Source of the DNA: Rhynchobatus australiae
Lineage: Eukaryota
DNA: 64,000 nucleotides
Direction of reading: 5' to 3'
Assembly: GCA_034780895.1 (NCBI GenBank)
Contig: JAUZTB010000127.1
Location: 65,083,769-65,147,768 of the forward strand
A program made the translations under genes and the position numbers. The notes under the pieces are model-generated. The model did no database searches. It was not told the origin of the DNA and was given only the letters and a program-made list of their open reading frames with translations. This document shows positions 51,061 through 64,000 of the stretch, in pieces (the stretch's first letter is position 1; every line of letters begins with the position of its first letter).

Positions 51061-51659
51061 CTTTCCTGAAGTTCCTCAGCTAACTTTGGTTGATCACATT
51101 TCTGGTGGAGGTTTTATTTCTCATTTGGATGTACATTTTTAAATATGTATTTAAATGCTAGCCATTACTGGCAAACATTTTAATTTCACCATTGTCCCTT
51201 GCAATCCACTCCCATACTTACATAAATGGGTTTCAGCTTCTGATTGATTTGCGTCCTTCTTAAACTGCATAAAAATTCCAGCATAACATTATCATTTTCC
51301 TGAGATGATCTTATGTAATTACTAATTAAATCTATCTCATTACAAAAGATCTAAGTGACCATACTCCCTGACAGGAAATAATACCGAATATATTCTATAA
51401 ACTCATCTTTCAAATGACTTCTAATTATGATTATTCCCCCAAGCTTTCCTTATTTCTTAAATTATTCTTTCTCCAATTGTGCTGCCTTTGTTTCTTTTTC
51501 AGTAGTTTAACAAAATCACATATGACTTGCTTCTACTGCAGTTCTTTGGGTTCACAGGCCACCATGTCATGCCAATCATAAAGTACCCATCCCACTAATT
51601 CTATTTACCAGCACTTGGCCCATAGCCTTCTATGCCTTGGTGATTCAATTCCTTACCTA

Positions 51660-53520
51660 TGGACAATATGGAATCAGCAGACTCAGTCAAAAGCGAAGTC
51701 AGGAGGTGCTTCATGAAATGTGCTGATGGGCAATATGGGAGGTGGTGTGTTCTGTCCATCAATTTTGCTGCATCACACAAAGTGACTAGTGGTTTTCAGT
51801 ACCTTCCTAGATGCTCCTACTTGCAATGGTCATGGGCCAAGGATCTCCAAGAGTCAGTGAGGATGTGAAAATGTCTGCCAAGAGGCTTTGAGAATATGAT
51901 TGATGTATTTCCTCTGTGTTTCTGGTAATCTTTTGCTATAATGGAGCTGAGAGTAAAGTACCTGTTTTGGGAGACTGACATCAGGATGTGAATTAAGCGA
52001 CCAATCATCAGAATGGGCTGACTGTAATTAGGGCCTCAACGCTGAGGATATTGGCCCGGAAGAGAATGCTGACATTGATTTCCTAATCCTGCCAATGGAC
52101 TTTGTGTGGGTGGTACCCATCTAGAGCTTTGATTGCCTGCTTTAAGCATTTCAGATCTAAGGGTAGAGATCATTGTTGGCAGGCTGGAGGTCTTGATCTG
52201 CAAACACTTTCTTCCTCAAACAGCTGTAACAAATGCGATGGTGAATGCCATACCAATGTTTACCTTTGCTGAGAAATGTCGCCTGAGATAAGGAAAATGG
52301 TGCACACTTTTCCAGGGTCTTTCTGCAGATTTTTACTGTTGAGGATGATACTGTGCTATAGGGACAGGATTGTACACAACCAATCTTTAATGAATACTTA
52401 GTGCAAGTTCCAGTCTTTTGCATGCTTCAGCATACGAATCAATGAGGGTAAGTTGTCTCCTAACACGTGCACTTGCAAGAACTGTCTGAGTACTGCAGAT
52501 CAATGACAGATGTTAAAGGTGACTTATGTTCTGAAATAGATGTGATCAAGGCCAAACAAATTCTCATTTGTCCTGTAGGTTACCTTCACTCCAGTCAGAA
52601 GCTCGTTGGGGAAGAGATGCAATATTGTGATGACAAAGGTTGAGAACTGCACTGAGTGATGGCACAGCCTTGCTTGACCAAATCTGCACTGGGATTGAAT
52701 TTGTGGCGCACCTAATAGTTAGAATGATGAGCTGCATGCCATCTTGTAGCATGGAATTGAACTTTACAAAATAACCAAATTTGAGAAGAATTCCCCACAG
52801 TCCTACTCAGTTGACAAACTTGAAGGCTTTTGTGAGGTTGAGAAAAGGCCATTTTTGTTGGCATCATCATATGTGAAGATCATGTTCATTGTGCTTCTTG
52901 ACAAAGTCCCATACTCTCAATGAATCAGAGCCAGGAGGTGGTGGTTGAGGAGGACCATTTTGATGACACTCTGAGGTAGGCAGCATGCAGGACCCTGTAT
53001 TTCCCTTTGGTCTCCTTTCCCAAAAGATTACAAAGACAGCATCTCCGAGGCCAATACAGCATGTCTTCATCTTCAGGTGTACAAGGTATTATGTCTGAAT
53101 TTCTCCTCAGTTAGGTTTTAGAACTTCAGCAGGAGTACACTCTGCTTGGGGCCTTTTTGCATTTCTGTTGAAATATAGCTTTTTTAACATCTCACCAGAC
53201 TGAGTAGCAGCGATTCTGGACTAGACAGTACGATGTGGATGGACTCAAGGTTAAAAACTGCAATGAGTTCTTTAAAGTGATCCTTCCACTGGGTGTTGAT
53301 ACTTCTCTATCCTTGATAAACTCTTTTCGGCTCCAAGTGGGATGGGTCCTTTGGTATTTGGTTTGTCGATGGCCTTAATAACACTGAAGAATGCACATGT
53401 GTTTATCCAAGAGTTGCTGGATCTCCTGTGCTCTTTCCACCCACCATCAATTCTTTAAGTCATCAGGTGCTTTGGAGAACTGCTTTTTATGATCAGAGCT
53501 CTTGCCCAACAGCTGTCCCC
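51660..53520 (-). mobile_element. RTE-clade LINE, decayed
   Basis: Minus strand 51930-52130 gives HWQD..NVSIL..ANILSVEALIT...PD..LPKQVLYSQL, typical of RTE; homologous to 2522-3960. Confidence 0.85.
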
Positions 53521-54938
53521 ACCAAACTTTCAATAGCCTGGAATATTTAATTCCAAACTTCCTCAACATGCAAACAAGTCTTGAATTAGCCATTAGATCA
53601 AACTCATTTCTCTTTAGCTGCACTATTTGTTCATTCATTTTGTTAGAGTTGCTTGATGCATTCAGATGCAATGCCTTCAAATTGTAACTTTTCACAATTT
53701 TTGCTTTCATTAACTATACAATATTATATTTTACCGTGTTTAGCCCTATAATATTGAAATATGTTCAATTAAGTGTTTACTATAAAATTATAATTCCCTC
53801 ATCTCTGAACTTTTATATGAAACTGAAATTTCTCCTTATAATGTATTCTGAAAAGTCACCACATTATCGTTCAGGGCAGAAAGGCAAGATGTGTCACCTA
53901 ATGCAATTTTTTTCGTCAGCTCCAGACAGTGGTTACATTGGACTGGAACTTTGGGACGCAGCTCTGCGTCCTCAGTTAAAACGTAATAAACCTTTTAACT
54001 GATGGAGACTCCACCTATTTCAAAATTGCAGTTGTATTTCAATGTAGGAGCTGGATTGGTCAAGGTTCAACTGCAAGTCTACGTTGATGGTAGTCTGCCG
54101 GCTTAACAGGAAAATATTGTGTGCCTTGGGAGATTTAAAACAAAATAAAGGAGCAAATAAATGAAAGAAAATCAACCCAAACTGAGGGAATAGTCAAAAT
54201 TCCTCCATTCCAAGATGTATATGTATTTGTGGATCAGAATGCATATAAATTATTGTGCATAAGTTTCACAATTAAAGTCCAGTATATTGATTGACTTCAT
54301 CAAGTTAGAAATGGAAGTCTGCAATATCTAGAAGTAGAGATCAATTGGCTTAATTTGAATTCAGGGTTCTGTTGGGAATCATTCTTATTAGGCTTTTCTA
54401 CTTCCTGCCTGTTTGCTATGTTCAGGAACTGGATACCCAGCATTCTTTTACAAGGCTGCTTCTATCTGTAACCTCTCTAGGGAATCAGTTTCATGAAGTA
54501 CAATTACATAAAAAGCAGTTTCACTTTGAGCTGTGCTGCAGAAGATGTCTTCTAGTTTCTCATATGCTTATTAAACATTAGTCTAACAGAGTGAAGTTCT
54601 GTCTGTGAATAAAGATATCATTACAATATGCCAGTCATTTATTTTGAAATTCACAGAATTCATTCTTGAAGTAGGGCTGAAATGCAGCCTGTCTCTCAAG
54701 CAAAAGCTCAGTGTTTGGCAAGCTTTATAAGATTTGGGCCAAGCCAGCAAACTGATACTCTCCAGCACCCAAAAAAAAACCCTGCATTAAATATATGCTT
54801 GCTCTCAGCCCCAAGTAGATTCAGTTGTATAAAAGCAAGAAGTATAATGATCATCATGAACTCAAGCTCCCTCTTTGATTCTCCTGTTTACTTTGTAGGC
54901 ATGTCATGATTTTGGTCTCTTTTTATTTCTCTTTTTAG

Positions 54939-54961
54939 TTCTACAGCGACTGAGGCCTTGA
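54939..54961 (+). other. Candidate 3' splice site and start of a terminal exon
   Basis: TTTTGGTCTCTTTTTATTTCTCTTTTTAG|TTCTACAGCGACTGAGGCCTTGA; all three frames stop within 13 codons; followed by ~1.3 kb of unique UTR-like sequence. Confidence 0.35.
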
Positions 54962-56639
54962 CATCTTGCTGGGACTGACAGTCCCCTGTACAAAGCAGGA
55001 TGGCCTGTTTTCACAGTGCCAACGGGACTGGCCTTCTCATTCTCTTGGCTTTCACAGAAGGACATTGTGCGGACACAGCAATAATATGCAGCTCGGGGTT
55101 GAGGACCATGGGTCTCCAGCTTACCTCCAGGGGGTCTGACACTCTTCACCCACAGCTCCACCTATACCCTGTGCTAAATGGACAGGGGTCAACGGCCTAC
55201 CTCAATGGAAAGGCAAAGGTGACAAACAGAAAATAGCAACCCAATCAAGATGACAACCCAGCTGCACTCTTCTTAGTCTGCCTCAGTTAAATGAGTTGTT
55301 TTTAATCCTCCGCATGTTGATAATAGTAAGTGGTGTCATGCTAGAAGAATATGGCTGTCTTTCATATCAAAAGGTATTCACACTCCCCTCTCAAATCACC
55401 ATTCTATGCCTGAATTAAAGAGGCCCCTCAAGACTTAAGCATCTCATAATGATGAGGTTTAAAACTATCTCACTTCACAAGCTTTCAGTGACTAATTGTG
55501 TGGTTGATGAAGATATCGAGAAACATTTCCCACTGTGCATGGGAGTGTGCTCGAATACACACACATGCATGGATGCAGCAACGATTTTCCAGTGTGTGTT
55601 TACATTTTCATCTATGCACTTTCCTGTCATTTGCAAATGGTTCTGGTTTGTATTTGATCTTTCTGATTGACAGTTTGCCGTGCACAAAACCAGCACAACC
55701 AAGAGCGTGAGCATTTATCCATTTCAATCTCAACGCTGCCCCTCTAAGAAAACTATGAGCAAATTAGACCTGAAAACTCAGACTAACACTACACAGTAAA
55801 CATTCCCAATATTCTCCAAGATAACCTCAAAAATGTGATAAACCCATTCTTTTCTCAAATTGGCTGAATCACCGAGACACAAAATTATTTAATATGAAAT
55901 TCTAACAATGATTTTATTCTGGTTTCTTGTACCTTTTTGAATTCACTCTCCTGACAAGGATTTGGGGGGAAAAGATGAATGCTTTTTTCAAGTTGGATTT
56001 CTTTGTTCCGACAGCTCTCAGTGCCTCTTGTTCAACATTAACAATTTATGATTCTATGATGTTTTGGTTGTGTACTAAAGCATACATTGTATGCTATTGA
56101 AGTATAAGTGCAAAAATGTTAACATCTGGGGTGTTTCTTCATTTAGCAGTTAACAATGGGTAGGGAATACAGATAAGTGTCTTTAGACATGGCCACAGAA
56201 GACTGCAGCACAGAATTTTCAAGTTAAATACCTGGTTGTCATTTTCCTGGCAGTATAAATTCCCATTAAACACATAGGCCTCAATATTAATAGGGAGGCA
56301 TGGAGAGAGTGCGGTATGAGCAGTTCAGTGGAAAAATATATTTCCCTAGGGTCCTGCTGAATTTAACAACAGGATCTGATTACCAGTTTTAGACTCTATT
56401 TCCCATTTGCGGTCAACTCAATTGAAGGGCTCTCTGTTGTCCAAAGTGGGCTTCAGCCCCAGAGAGCGAATGTATAAGAGAAAAATATTGACCAATGTTT
56501 TGTGTGCAGTATTGAAAAGGGAAGTGGTGGGGGGTGGGGGGTGCGCAGGGGGTGGTGGGAATGCAGGGAGATTAGGAAGGAGGAGTGAAGTAGATTGCTG
56601 GGGGCTAAAGTAATTGGCAGAAGAGAGAGGACAAGCTCT

Positions 56640-56710
56640 TATCCCTTTTCTCTTTCCACAGATGCTGCCTGACCTGCTGAGTGCTGCCAGATTTTCTGTT
56701 TTTATTATAA
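56640..56710 (+). mobile_element. Penelope-type terminal repeat fragment
   Basis: TCCACAGATGCTGCCTGACCTGCTGAGTGCTGCCAGATTTTCTGTTTTTATT. Confidence 0.65.
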
Positions 56711-59490
56711 AGAAAATAATGCAGACAAAAGAATGGGAAGGTGGACAAGATCAAGGGCCATGAAGAACATGAGAAGGCCATCAAGTTGCAGGGTGGATGG
56801 GGATCAATCAATGGAGAGGTTGGCTGGTTTGCTAGGGGCGGGGATAGGGGAAGCACTCCAGGTTTTCCTGGCCCACATGCATTTCCCATAAAACATTCAC
56901 CATTTCCATGCAGCATTCTTCACTTCCATTTAGCATCTGTTGCTTCCCAAGAGCTGGAAAACTCAGCGAGTCAGAGCTAAAAACAAATCAATGTATACTG
57001 TCTCCTTAAAATATTGTGTTGAGCGTTTCATCTTTTGGAAGCGGCTTGATTATCATTGCCCATACTGCCTCCATTAAAATCACAAGTGGTTTTGTCGTGG
57101 GTTTGGTTCAGTTTATAGATTTTTTCCATTGTTACTTCCCACCTGACCAAAGGCCAACCGTTTTTGGAGATTAAATGCCCTCATAATCTCTTTTCTCTCC
57201 CACTATAGTTGCCGTGAATTTGCTCAACCTTAAAGAGCAACAAAGACACAGATGTTTTAAAACTCTGCACATCAAATAGACTGTCTTTCACCTTTTTTTG
57301 ACCACCTCATTGAAATTAGTGTTCCAGGACAAGCACATTCAAGGATTTGGCAAACTGCTCTTAAATCACTTCTGAATTTAGAGCAGCAAACTACCTCCCA
57401 GTATCCAGATAGCTGTGGAGAAGAGAGGTTAGGGAAACTGAGATGAATGTACAGATGCCAATACTAGAAAGTCATGCCACCCATTATCTCAATGTTCCAG
57501 AGACCAGCTGCATGGGTCAATGAAGTACCATGAACAAGGCACAAACAACATCATTAACTCACTCTCTTGGTAACCAAAATGCATAATACTTGTGCAAGCA
57601 AGTAAGTTGGTCAGTGTAAATTATGGAAATGGCGGAGGCCAAAAAGAATTGCAAAAAAATCACTTTTGGGAGGATATCTAAAACATCCTCGCACATCTGC
57701 ATTTGAAGTAAGTAGAAGTGATAAGTGTCATTTATTGTTAACTTTTATGGTGCTGCTGGCTGACTCCTGTTTCATTTTAATGAGGCCTTAGTGTGGGAAC
57801 CACATCAAAATCCTTTACCCAAGTGCACGCCAGTGCATTTTATGTGCAGGCAGAGTTTTAAAGCATTTAAGTGTGTGTCTCTCTGGACACTGAACAAAAA
57901 ACCAGGAAGGAGTCAAAGTGACTGCGGGCAGGGTGGGACTCTTTGTTTTCAGCAGTGAGCTTCTTCCTGGAAATCCTGAACTGTGCTTCCTTAACTTAAC
58001 CTTATGGCAGCTGCTGCCAGCAGCATGTCGTGGGTTTCAACTTTCTCGATCCGAAAATAGCTCAGCTCCAGCCAGCAGTAAACAGGAGGAGGCTGCTGAG
58101 GGTAACTGGAAACACATTTGGTATTATGAAGCAGCATTGAGCATGTGTTTTGAAATTACTTGAAACATGAAAAACTTTCCTTTTTTAATACACTTAAATC
58201 ATAACATTCACTTTTTTAAAAAATCTTGGGAATTAAAATATATCTGAATGTAATGTATATACATGCTGTTCTTTCAAGGATCTGATTTTGATCTAACTCA
58301 AATTCTTCCCATGCTCCATAACTGATGGCAGGACAGTAATGTGGAACAGTGGGTTCGAAACCTGTTTCCTCGTCTCAAAAACCTGCATTTTATTATGATG
58401 GGAGGAAGACAGTCTCCTTCCGACCTTTGTGAATACTTTCAAGTGAGTACCAGAATTTGAATAGATTCAAAACAGATAGCAATAGTACTGTTCTATGTTC
58501 TATATAAAGCTACACCAAGCTGTGAGTACATTGACCTAAATGATGACCACTCAGAGGAAATTGTCATAATAACTGATGTATGTTATCGCAGAGATGTGGC
58601 TTCTTAATCCAATGGTTGGGGCTTGATGTCTGGATCAGAGATCAATTTGTTTCTTGAAAAACAGTCCGTTCACTGGCATCTTGAATACACTGCAGTGCAC
58701 TTATGTATCTGGGGAAGCACGGATGTACTATGAGGGGAAACATCTTCATAAGCTGGATCGGACATTTTGCCATCAGTAGGCACAAATGCAAATAGTCCTC
58801 CTCAGATATCAGAGGTCTTCATGTAAACACCATAGTCTTCATGAAGATGAAAAGTTTGCATTCAATGAATATGTCTCATTTCAGAAATTTACAAGGAGAC
58901 TTCATTATACCCTTATTGTGGATCCTCGACCATGCCCACATTAATTAAAGAGGAAGGAAAACAGCAGGTGCTCTGAGCAAGCCAGAGCTATCACCGACAT
59001 CCATTGTTAATGGTCCACTTGCAAGAACCCCTTAATGTTAAAGGAACACCTGAGCACGACGCCAGTTATTCAGCACTGAAAGGAAAACTGTTGTTACTAA
59101 TGGAGTGATCCACTGCATTGCCTTTATGAAAAGCTTTTTTACCAGTATGGTATCAAAATGAACCTTTAAATGGCAAGATGGTCTTGTGCTGGCTTTTTGT
59201 AAACCCAAACCAGACTCTGGATTTATGATGTCATCCAGCTCCAGATCAGGTGGGAAAATCAGGCTGCTGGGACTGCCTCTGTGTTTTCATTCTGTACTCA
59301 GTTCTTCTTACCTTCCCAGAAAAGCCGTCATTGCACTCCAGTCACCTGCAAACTATAGCACTGAGACAGGGATTTGCCAGCTGTCCCCTACCCCACTGCT
59401 TCCTTCCATTAAAGTGTTACACTATATTTAGTTATGACATAGAAGGAGGCTATTTGGCCCATTGATTCTATGCTGGCTCTCAGAGCATTC

Positions 59491-59680
59491 TGTTGGATTT
59501 GACTGTTTTAATTAGTTTTTTTAAACATGTATAGTGTTTAGTACACCTCAAGTGGCTGCACAAGGAATGGCTGCTTCCTAGCTTATTGGTTCGTCCATCA
59601 GGTGAATATGTGTTTTTTCATTGGTTGGTTTGGCCACAGGTATCTAATAAGTTTCCTGATTGGACTATTGTTAGCTGAGG
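59491..59680 (+). mobile_element. LTR-like repeat copy 1 (runs into N gap)
   Basis: Starts TGTTGGAT; shares TACACCTCAAGTGGCTGCACAAGGAATGGCTGCTT and CTGATTGGACTATTGTTAGC with 62471. Confidence 0.7.
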
Positions 59681-60459
59681 NNNNNNNNNNNNNNNNNNNN
59701 NNNNNNNNNNNNNNNNNNNNNNNNNNNNNNNNNNNNNNNNNNNNNNNNNNNNNNNNNNNNNNNNNNNNNNNNNNNNNNNNCCTGGGGTTTGAACTCATGT
59801 CTCCTGCATACGGGGCCTCTGGATTACCAAACACAGCTAATTTACCATTGTGCTACAAGCAGAAGACCTGGTTGCCAATGGGGGTGTGGAAGGACAGGGT
59901 TGGGAGAGCGGACTTAGTTGGAGTAACATTGAGGTCAGATGGTTGGAAGGCAAGTGGGAGGGATGGAGTTGTTCACCCTATGGGGTGCCTGAATGCAACA
60001 GGGACCCTTATGGTCCTCCTTGCCATGCATAACAAAGGCAGTCACAGCCATAGGAGATGGGTTCACTGAGCTCCCCCTGTGCCAAGTGTATACATGCCCC
60101 ATCGTCATGAATGGACCTAACAATTAGGCGTCCCAAGTACCTACCTGCTTCACTCTCTTTCTCATTTAATATAGAACTGGGGTCTGATGATGTTGATATG
60201 TCCCCAAGTGATATTTTTGGTCAGAACCAGCTGGAGAATTCCAAGGGAAGTTCATAAGGTGGCTAAGAAGTTTAGTGGTTTAGAAATAGAAGAATAGAAT
60301 ATATAAATAAAAAGTTAGATGGTGTAAATCACTGCTTTGGCCTTGGAGTATTGTCAAAACCTCTCGGCATCCTGACTCAGGCAAGATTCAATGTGCTTCG
60401 GAGGGGTCCAGGTTCACCAGGGATATGTATTTATGTGCATGGAGTATGTGTGTGCATTC

Positions 60460-60690
60460 AAGATAAGACAGGATCTCTTTATTAGTCACATGTACATCGA
60501 AACACACAGTGAAATGCATCTTTTGCGTAGAGTGTTCCGGGGGCAGCCCGCAAGCGTCACCACGGAGCACCCAGAGGAAACCCACTCAGACACGGGGAGA
60601 ACGTACAAACTCTTTACAGACAACGGCCGGAATTGGACCTGGGTTGCTGCCACTGTAATAGTATTACGCTAGCCGCTACACTACCATGCC
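60460..60690 (-). mobile_element. V-SINE, internally deleted copy
   Basis: Closely matches 50261-50563 but lacks about 70 bp of the middle. Confidence 0.88.
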
Positions 60691-61174
60691 TGCCCTAATA
60701 GCTTAGACATAAATGAATTGAATAGACATCTTTCTCCCTTGCTTGTGGGATCTTCCAATGCACAAATTGACGTATGTGTTCCTCTGCCCGACAAGAGTAA
60801 CTTCACATCAAAATGAGCCACAGCTTCTGAATGTTCAGACCTGATGGCATAAAATATCATCATTTTTCCAGTGCCATCTCAACCTCAAGCTTCTGTCACA
60901 ACTTCTCCTACAAGTCACAAATCATCCCGACGGTCGATGAGCTAAAAACTTAGAACCCTACCTGTCAGCACTAAAGTCTTGACTCCATACCCTGCAATTG
61001 TTCATGACAGCAGAAAATGTTAACCTTGGCAACAGTACCCACATTCCCCGAATGAATGTATAAGATTTAAAACTGCTAATTCTTTCTTTTATTTTTAAAG
61101 GACTATACAAATTAGGATGAGATGTCTTTATAGCTCACTCAGCCTTTGAAACCGTCTCCACCATTTAATGAAGC

Positions 61175-62000
61175 AGTCCACAACCATGGACAACATCTGC
61201 GCCTGGGCTGCTAGGTGGCAAGTAACATTCATAGCACAAAGTGCCGGGCAGTGATGATATCCAACAAGAGAAAACCCAGGTATTACGCCTCCCTCCCCAA
61301 ATATTCAATGGTGTTATCATCACTGAATCCCCCACTGTCAATATCTTGAGGGTTACCATTGACTAGAACCTGAATAGGAGTAGCCATATACACAGTGTGG
61401 CCACGAGAGCAGGTCAGAGTCTGGGAATCCTGCAGCGAGTAACTCCCTCCCACCTCCCCAAAGCCTGTCCACCGGCTACAAGGCTCAGGTCAGGAGTGTG
61501 ATGGGACACTCTCCACTTGCCTGGGTGAGTGCAGCTTCAACTACACTCAAGAAGTTCGACATCATATAGGACATAGTGGCACACATGATAGACACCCCAG
61601 CGACACCCGTTCACTCACTCTACCACTGACACACAGCAGCAGCAGGTTGTACCATCTACAGGATGCAGCAACTCACCAAGACTCCTCAGACAGCACCCTC
61701 CAAACCCACCACTTCTACCAGCTAGAAGGACAAGGGCAACAAAAGCACGGGGAACACCACCCCCTGGAAGTTGCTCTCCAAACCGCACCCCATCCTGACT
61801 TGGAAATATATCGCTGTTCCTTCACCGTTGCTGGGACAAAATCCTGGAACTCCCTCCCTAACAGCACGGTGGGTGTACCCACACCTCAAGGACTGCAGCG
61901 GTTCAAGAGAGCAACTCATCACTACCTTCTCAAGGGCAATTGGGGACGGGCAGTTAAATGCTAGCTTAGCCTATGAAACCCACACCCCGTTGTAAGATCT
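61175..62000 (+). mobile_element. CR1/L2-group LINE 3' portion, best-preserved copy
   Basis: TACAAGGCTCAGGTCAGGAGTGTGATGGGACACTCTCCACTTGCCTGG (YKAQVRSVM..SPLAW); SWNSLPNSTVGVPTPQGLQRFK..HH.LLKG. Confidence 0.9.
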
Positions 62001-62470
62001 CCCGTGAAGAATAGTTGTGGGTGGCCAGGCTGAGGTTCATCAGAGTGCTCCAAGTATAAGGAAAAGCTCTGGCAATTTCACTAGAACGAAGGAGGGGTGA
62101 GGTGATCGAGGGGCGGCAGTGGAACAGGCAGACAGATCCCAGTGATTGACAAGTCCACGCAAAGCAGATTCCGATCTGGTGTCAGGCACTGAGAGAACCA
62201 GTGCGGTAGATTGAAATCCCTTTTCACACTGTGAAGCTGTTGAACACATGACTCAGATCAGGTACTGAAGCAGAAACAATGATGATTTAAGGCATGCTTT
62301 CAGTGAGTGTTCAAGACTATTTGGAGAGAACAGGAGCAGGACTGAAGGAAAGGTGGGTCCACTACTCTCCCACATCACACACTATCACCCTCCCCCACCC
62401 TCCCTCTCTCCACATCCTCCCACACCTCCCCCACCCTCCAACACACCCTTCTCCTCACCACACTCCTCAC

Positions 62471-62885
62471 GGTTGGATTCGACTGTTTTAAGTAATACAC
62501 CTCAAGTGGCTGCACAAGGAATGGCTGCTTTTTAGCTTCTTGGTTCACCCATCGGGTGAATACGTGTTTTCTCCCTGGTTGGTTTTGCCACAGATATCTG
62601 ATTGGACTATTGTTAGCAGAGGAGTACCTCTTATCTCAGGTATAAACGGTGTATTTTTTTTGTTATTCACTCTCTTGCACTCTTCCCCTCTTCCCCTCCC
62701 CCAGCTCATCTTTAGTTCCTTTTGTCTTGGCTCATCTCCCAGGAGTAAAGCTGGTGCCATGTGCTCTGTGACTGTTTCTTTGTTTTAAACTTCTCCAATA
62801 AAACTTTGTGAAGCACCAAGTTGTTTTCAACTCATTCCTGGACTCATGAAAGAACCTCTAGATTCAAAAATAACTGGATCCAAAT
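62471..62885 (+). mobile_element. LTR-like repeat copy 2 (~415 bp)
   Basis: ATTGG (reverse CCAAT), TATAAA 62641, AATAAA 62797, short inverted ends TTGGAT...ATCCAA; homologous to 59491. Confidence 0.72.
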
Positions 62886-62889
62886 ATTC

Positions 62890-63125
62890 CTACCCGCAAT
62901 CTATACCCTCTCACATACAAATCAACTCCCTATTGAATCATGCTATGTTTCCAAGCAACCAAGAAACCGACAAGTCTTGGGATGTAGGAGGAAACCAGAG
63001 CAGCCGGGGAAACCCATGCCATTACAGGGAGAATGTGCAAACTCCACACAGATGGCACTCAAGGTCAGAATCAAACCTGGGTTGCTGGCGCTGTGCAGCA
63101 GAAGCACTGCCTGCAGGACCACTAG
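62890..63125 (-). mobile_element. Diverged V-SINE
   Basis: GGATGTAGGAGGAAACCAGAGCAGCCGGGGAAACCCATG..ACAGGGAGAATGTGCAAACTCCACACAGA..ATCAAACCTGGGT. Confidence 0.8.
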
Positions 63126-63204
63126 GAGATCTATCCTCAGCCTTTTTCTGTTTCTAACCTATGTGGTTCCTGTTAGTGACATGCTGTGAAAGCACAGTAA
63201 CTTT

Positions 63205-63690
63205 CTCCACATGGACCCTGATCACACAAAGTTAGGTAGGGAAGTAAATTGTAAAGGAAACTTATGGGAACTACAAAGGGATTATAGATAGATTAAGTGA
63301 GTGGGCAAAGATCTGGGAAAGATTGTGTAAATAGAAAAACGTGAAGTCATTCATTTTAACAGGAAGAATAAAAAAAGAAGCATACTATCTAAATGAGATT
63401 TCAGAGCTCTGAGATGCTTAGAGATCTGGATGTCTTAGTGCATTATTTGCAAAAGACCAGTAATCAGTTACAGTAATTAATTAGGAAAGCTAAAATAATG
63501 TTATCATTTATCACTTGAGGGACTGAAAATTAAAGTTGTGCTACAGTTAAATAGGACATTGGTGGGACCACATCCAGAGCACTGATATGGTATTGAAATC
63601 CTTATTTAAGGAAGGATGTTAGTGCATCGACATAGTTGAGAGAAGGGTTTTTTTCTCTCTGAGGGTTGTGAATCCTTGGACTATTTTTTT
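63205..63690 (+). mobile_element. CR1 LINE RT fragment
   Basis: GATCACACAAAGTTAGGT (DDTKLG-like), CTACAAAGGGAT..AGATTAAGTGAGTGGGCAAAGATCTGG (LQ.D.DRLSEWAK.W). Confidence 0.8.
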
Positions 63691-63695
63691 GAGAG

Positions 63696-64000
63696 TTGGA
63701 ATTGGAATTGGTTTGTTATTGTCACTTGTACCGAGGTACAGTAAAAAACTTGTCTTGCATACCGTTCATGCAGATCAATTCATTATACAGTGCATTGAGG
63801 TAGTACAGGGTAAAACTATACAGAATGTAGAATAAAGTGTAACAGCTACAGAGAAAGTGCAGTGCAGGTGGACAATAAGGTACAAGGTCATAACAAGGTA
63901 GATTGTGAGGTCAAGAGTCCATCTTAGAAAACCATTCAATAACCTTACAACAGCGGGATAGAGGCTGTCCTTGAGCCTGGTGGTATATGCTTTCAGGCTT
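63696..64000 (-). mobile_element. Rex1-type LINE 3' end (continues beyond window)
   Basis: Reverse complement of the tail at 45330-45589; (TTGGAA)n terminus. Confidence 0.8.

Noticed and set aside
56278-57085. Weak inverted ends (TTAATAGGGAGGCA / TGCCTCCATTAA)
   Set aside because: Match too short and gapped to call a DNA transposon by eye.
1-64000. Prokaryote-type systems (CRISPR, operons, defence islands) or intact retroelement/viral ORFs
   Set aside because: DNA is vertebrate; every retroelement frame is broken by stops or frameshifts and no repeat-spacer array was seen.

Overview
AT-rich, repeat-laden vertebrate genomic DNA. The repeat families (CR1, L2, RTE, Rex1, L1, V-SINE, DeuSINE, Penelope-type terminal repeats) suggest a cartilaginous fish; this is inference. 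One protein-coding gene is clear: a + strand Sprouty gene with a single coding exon (13599-14507, 302 aa). It is best called SPRY3 but keeps SPRY2-like features. It has a probable non-coding exon 1 (~11230-11502), an ETS/CCAAT/TATA promoter and a ~3.7 kb 3' UTR, all inside a CpG-rich, transposon-free zone. Almost all other ORFs in the track are spurious or decayed retroelement frames. The best leads are: an orphan microexon at 37363 and a possible terminal exon at 54939, implying an unidentified + strand host gene; a candidate divergent spliced lncRNA; uORF/alternative-start control of Sprouty; a duplicated 3' UTR module; a ~380 bp foldback palindrome split by a false gap; hammerhead-ribozyme relics; and paired LTR-like repeats. 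I cannot demonstrate a new biological system from sequence alone. Repeat boundaries are approximate and family names come from recognition, not a database search.
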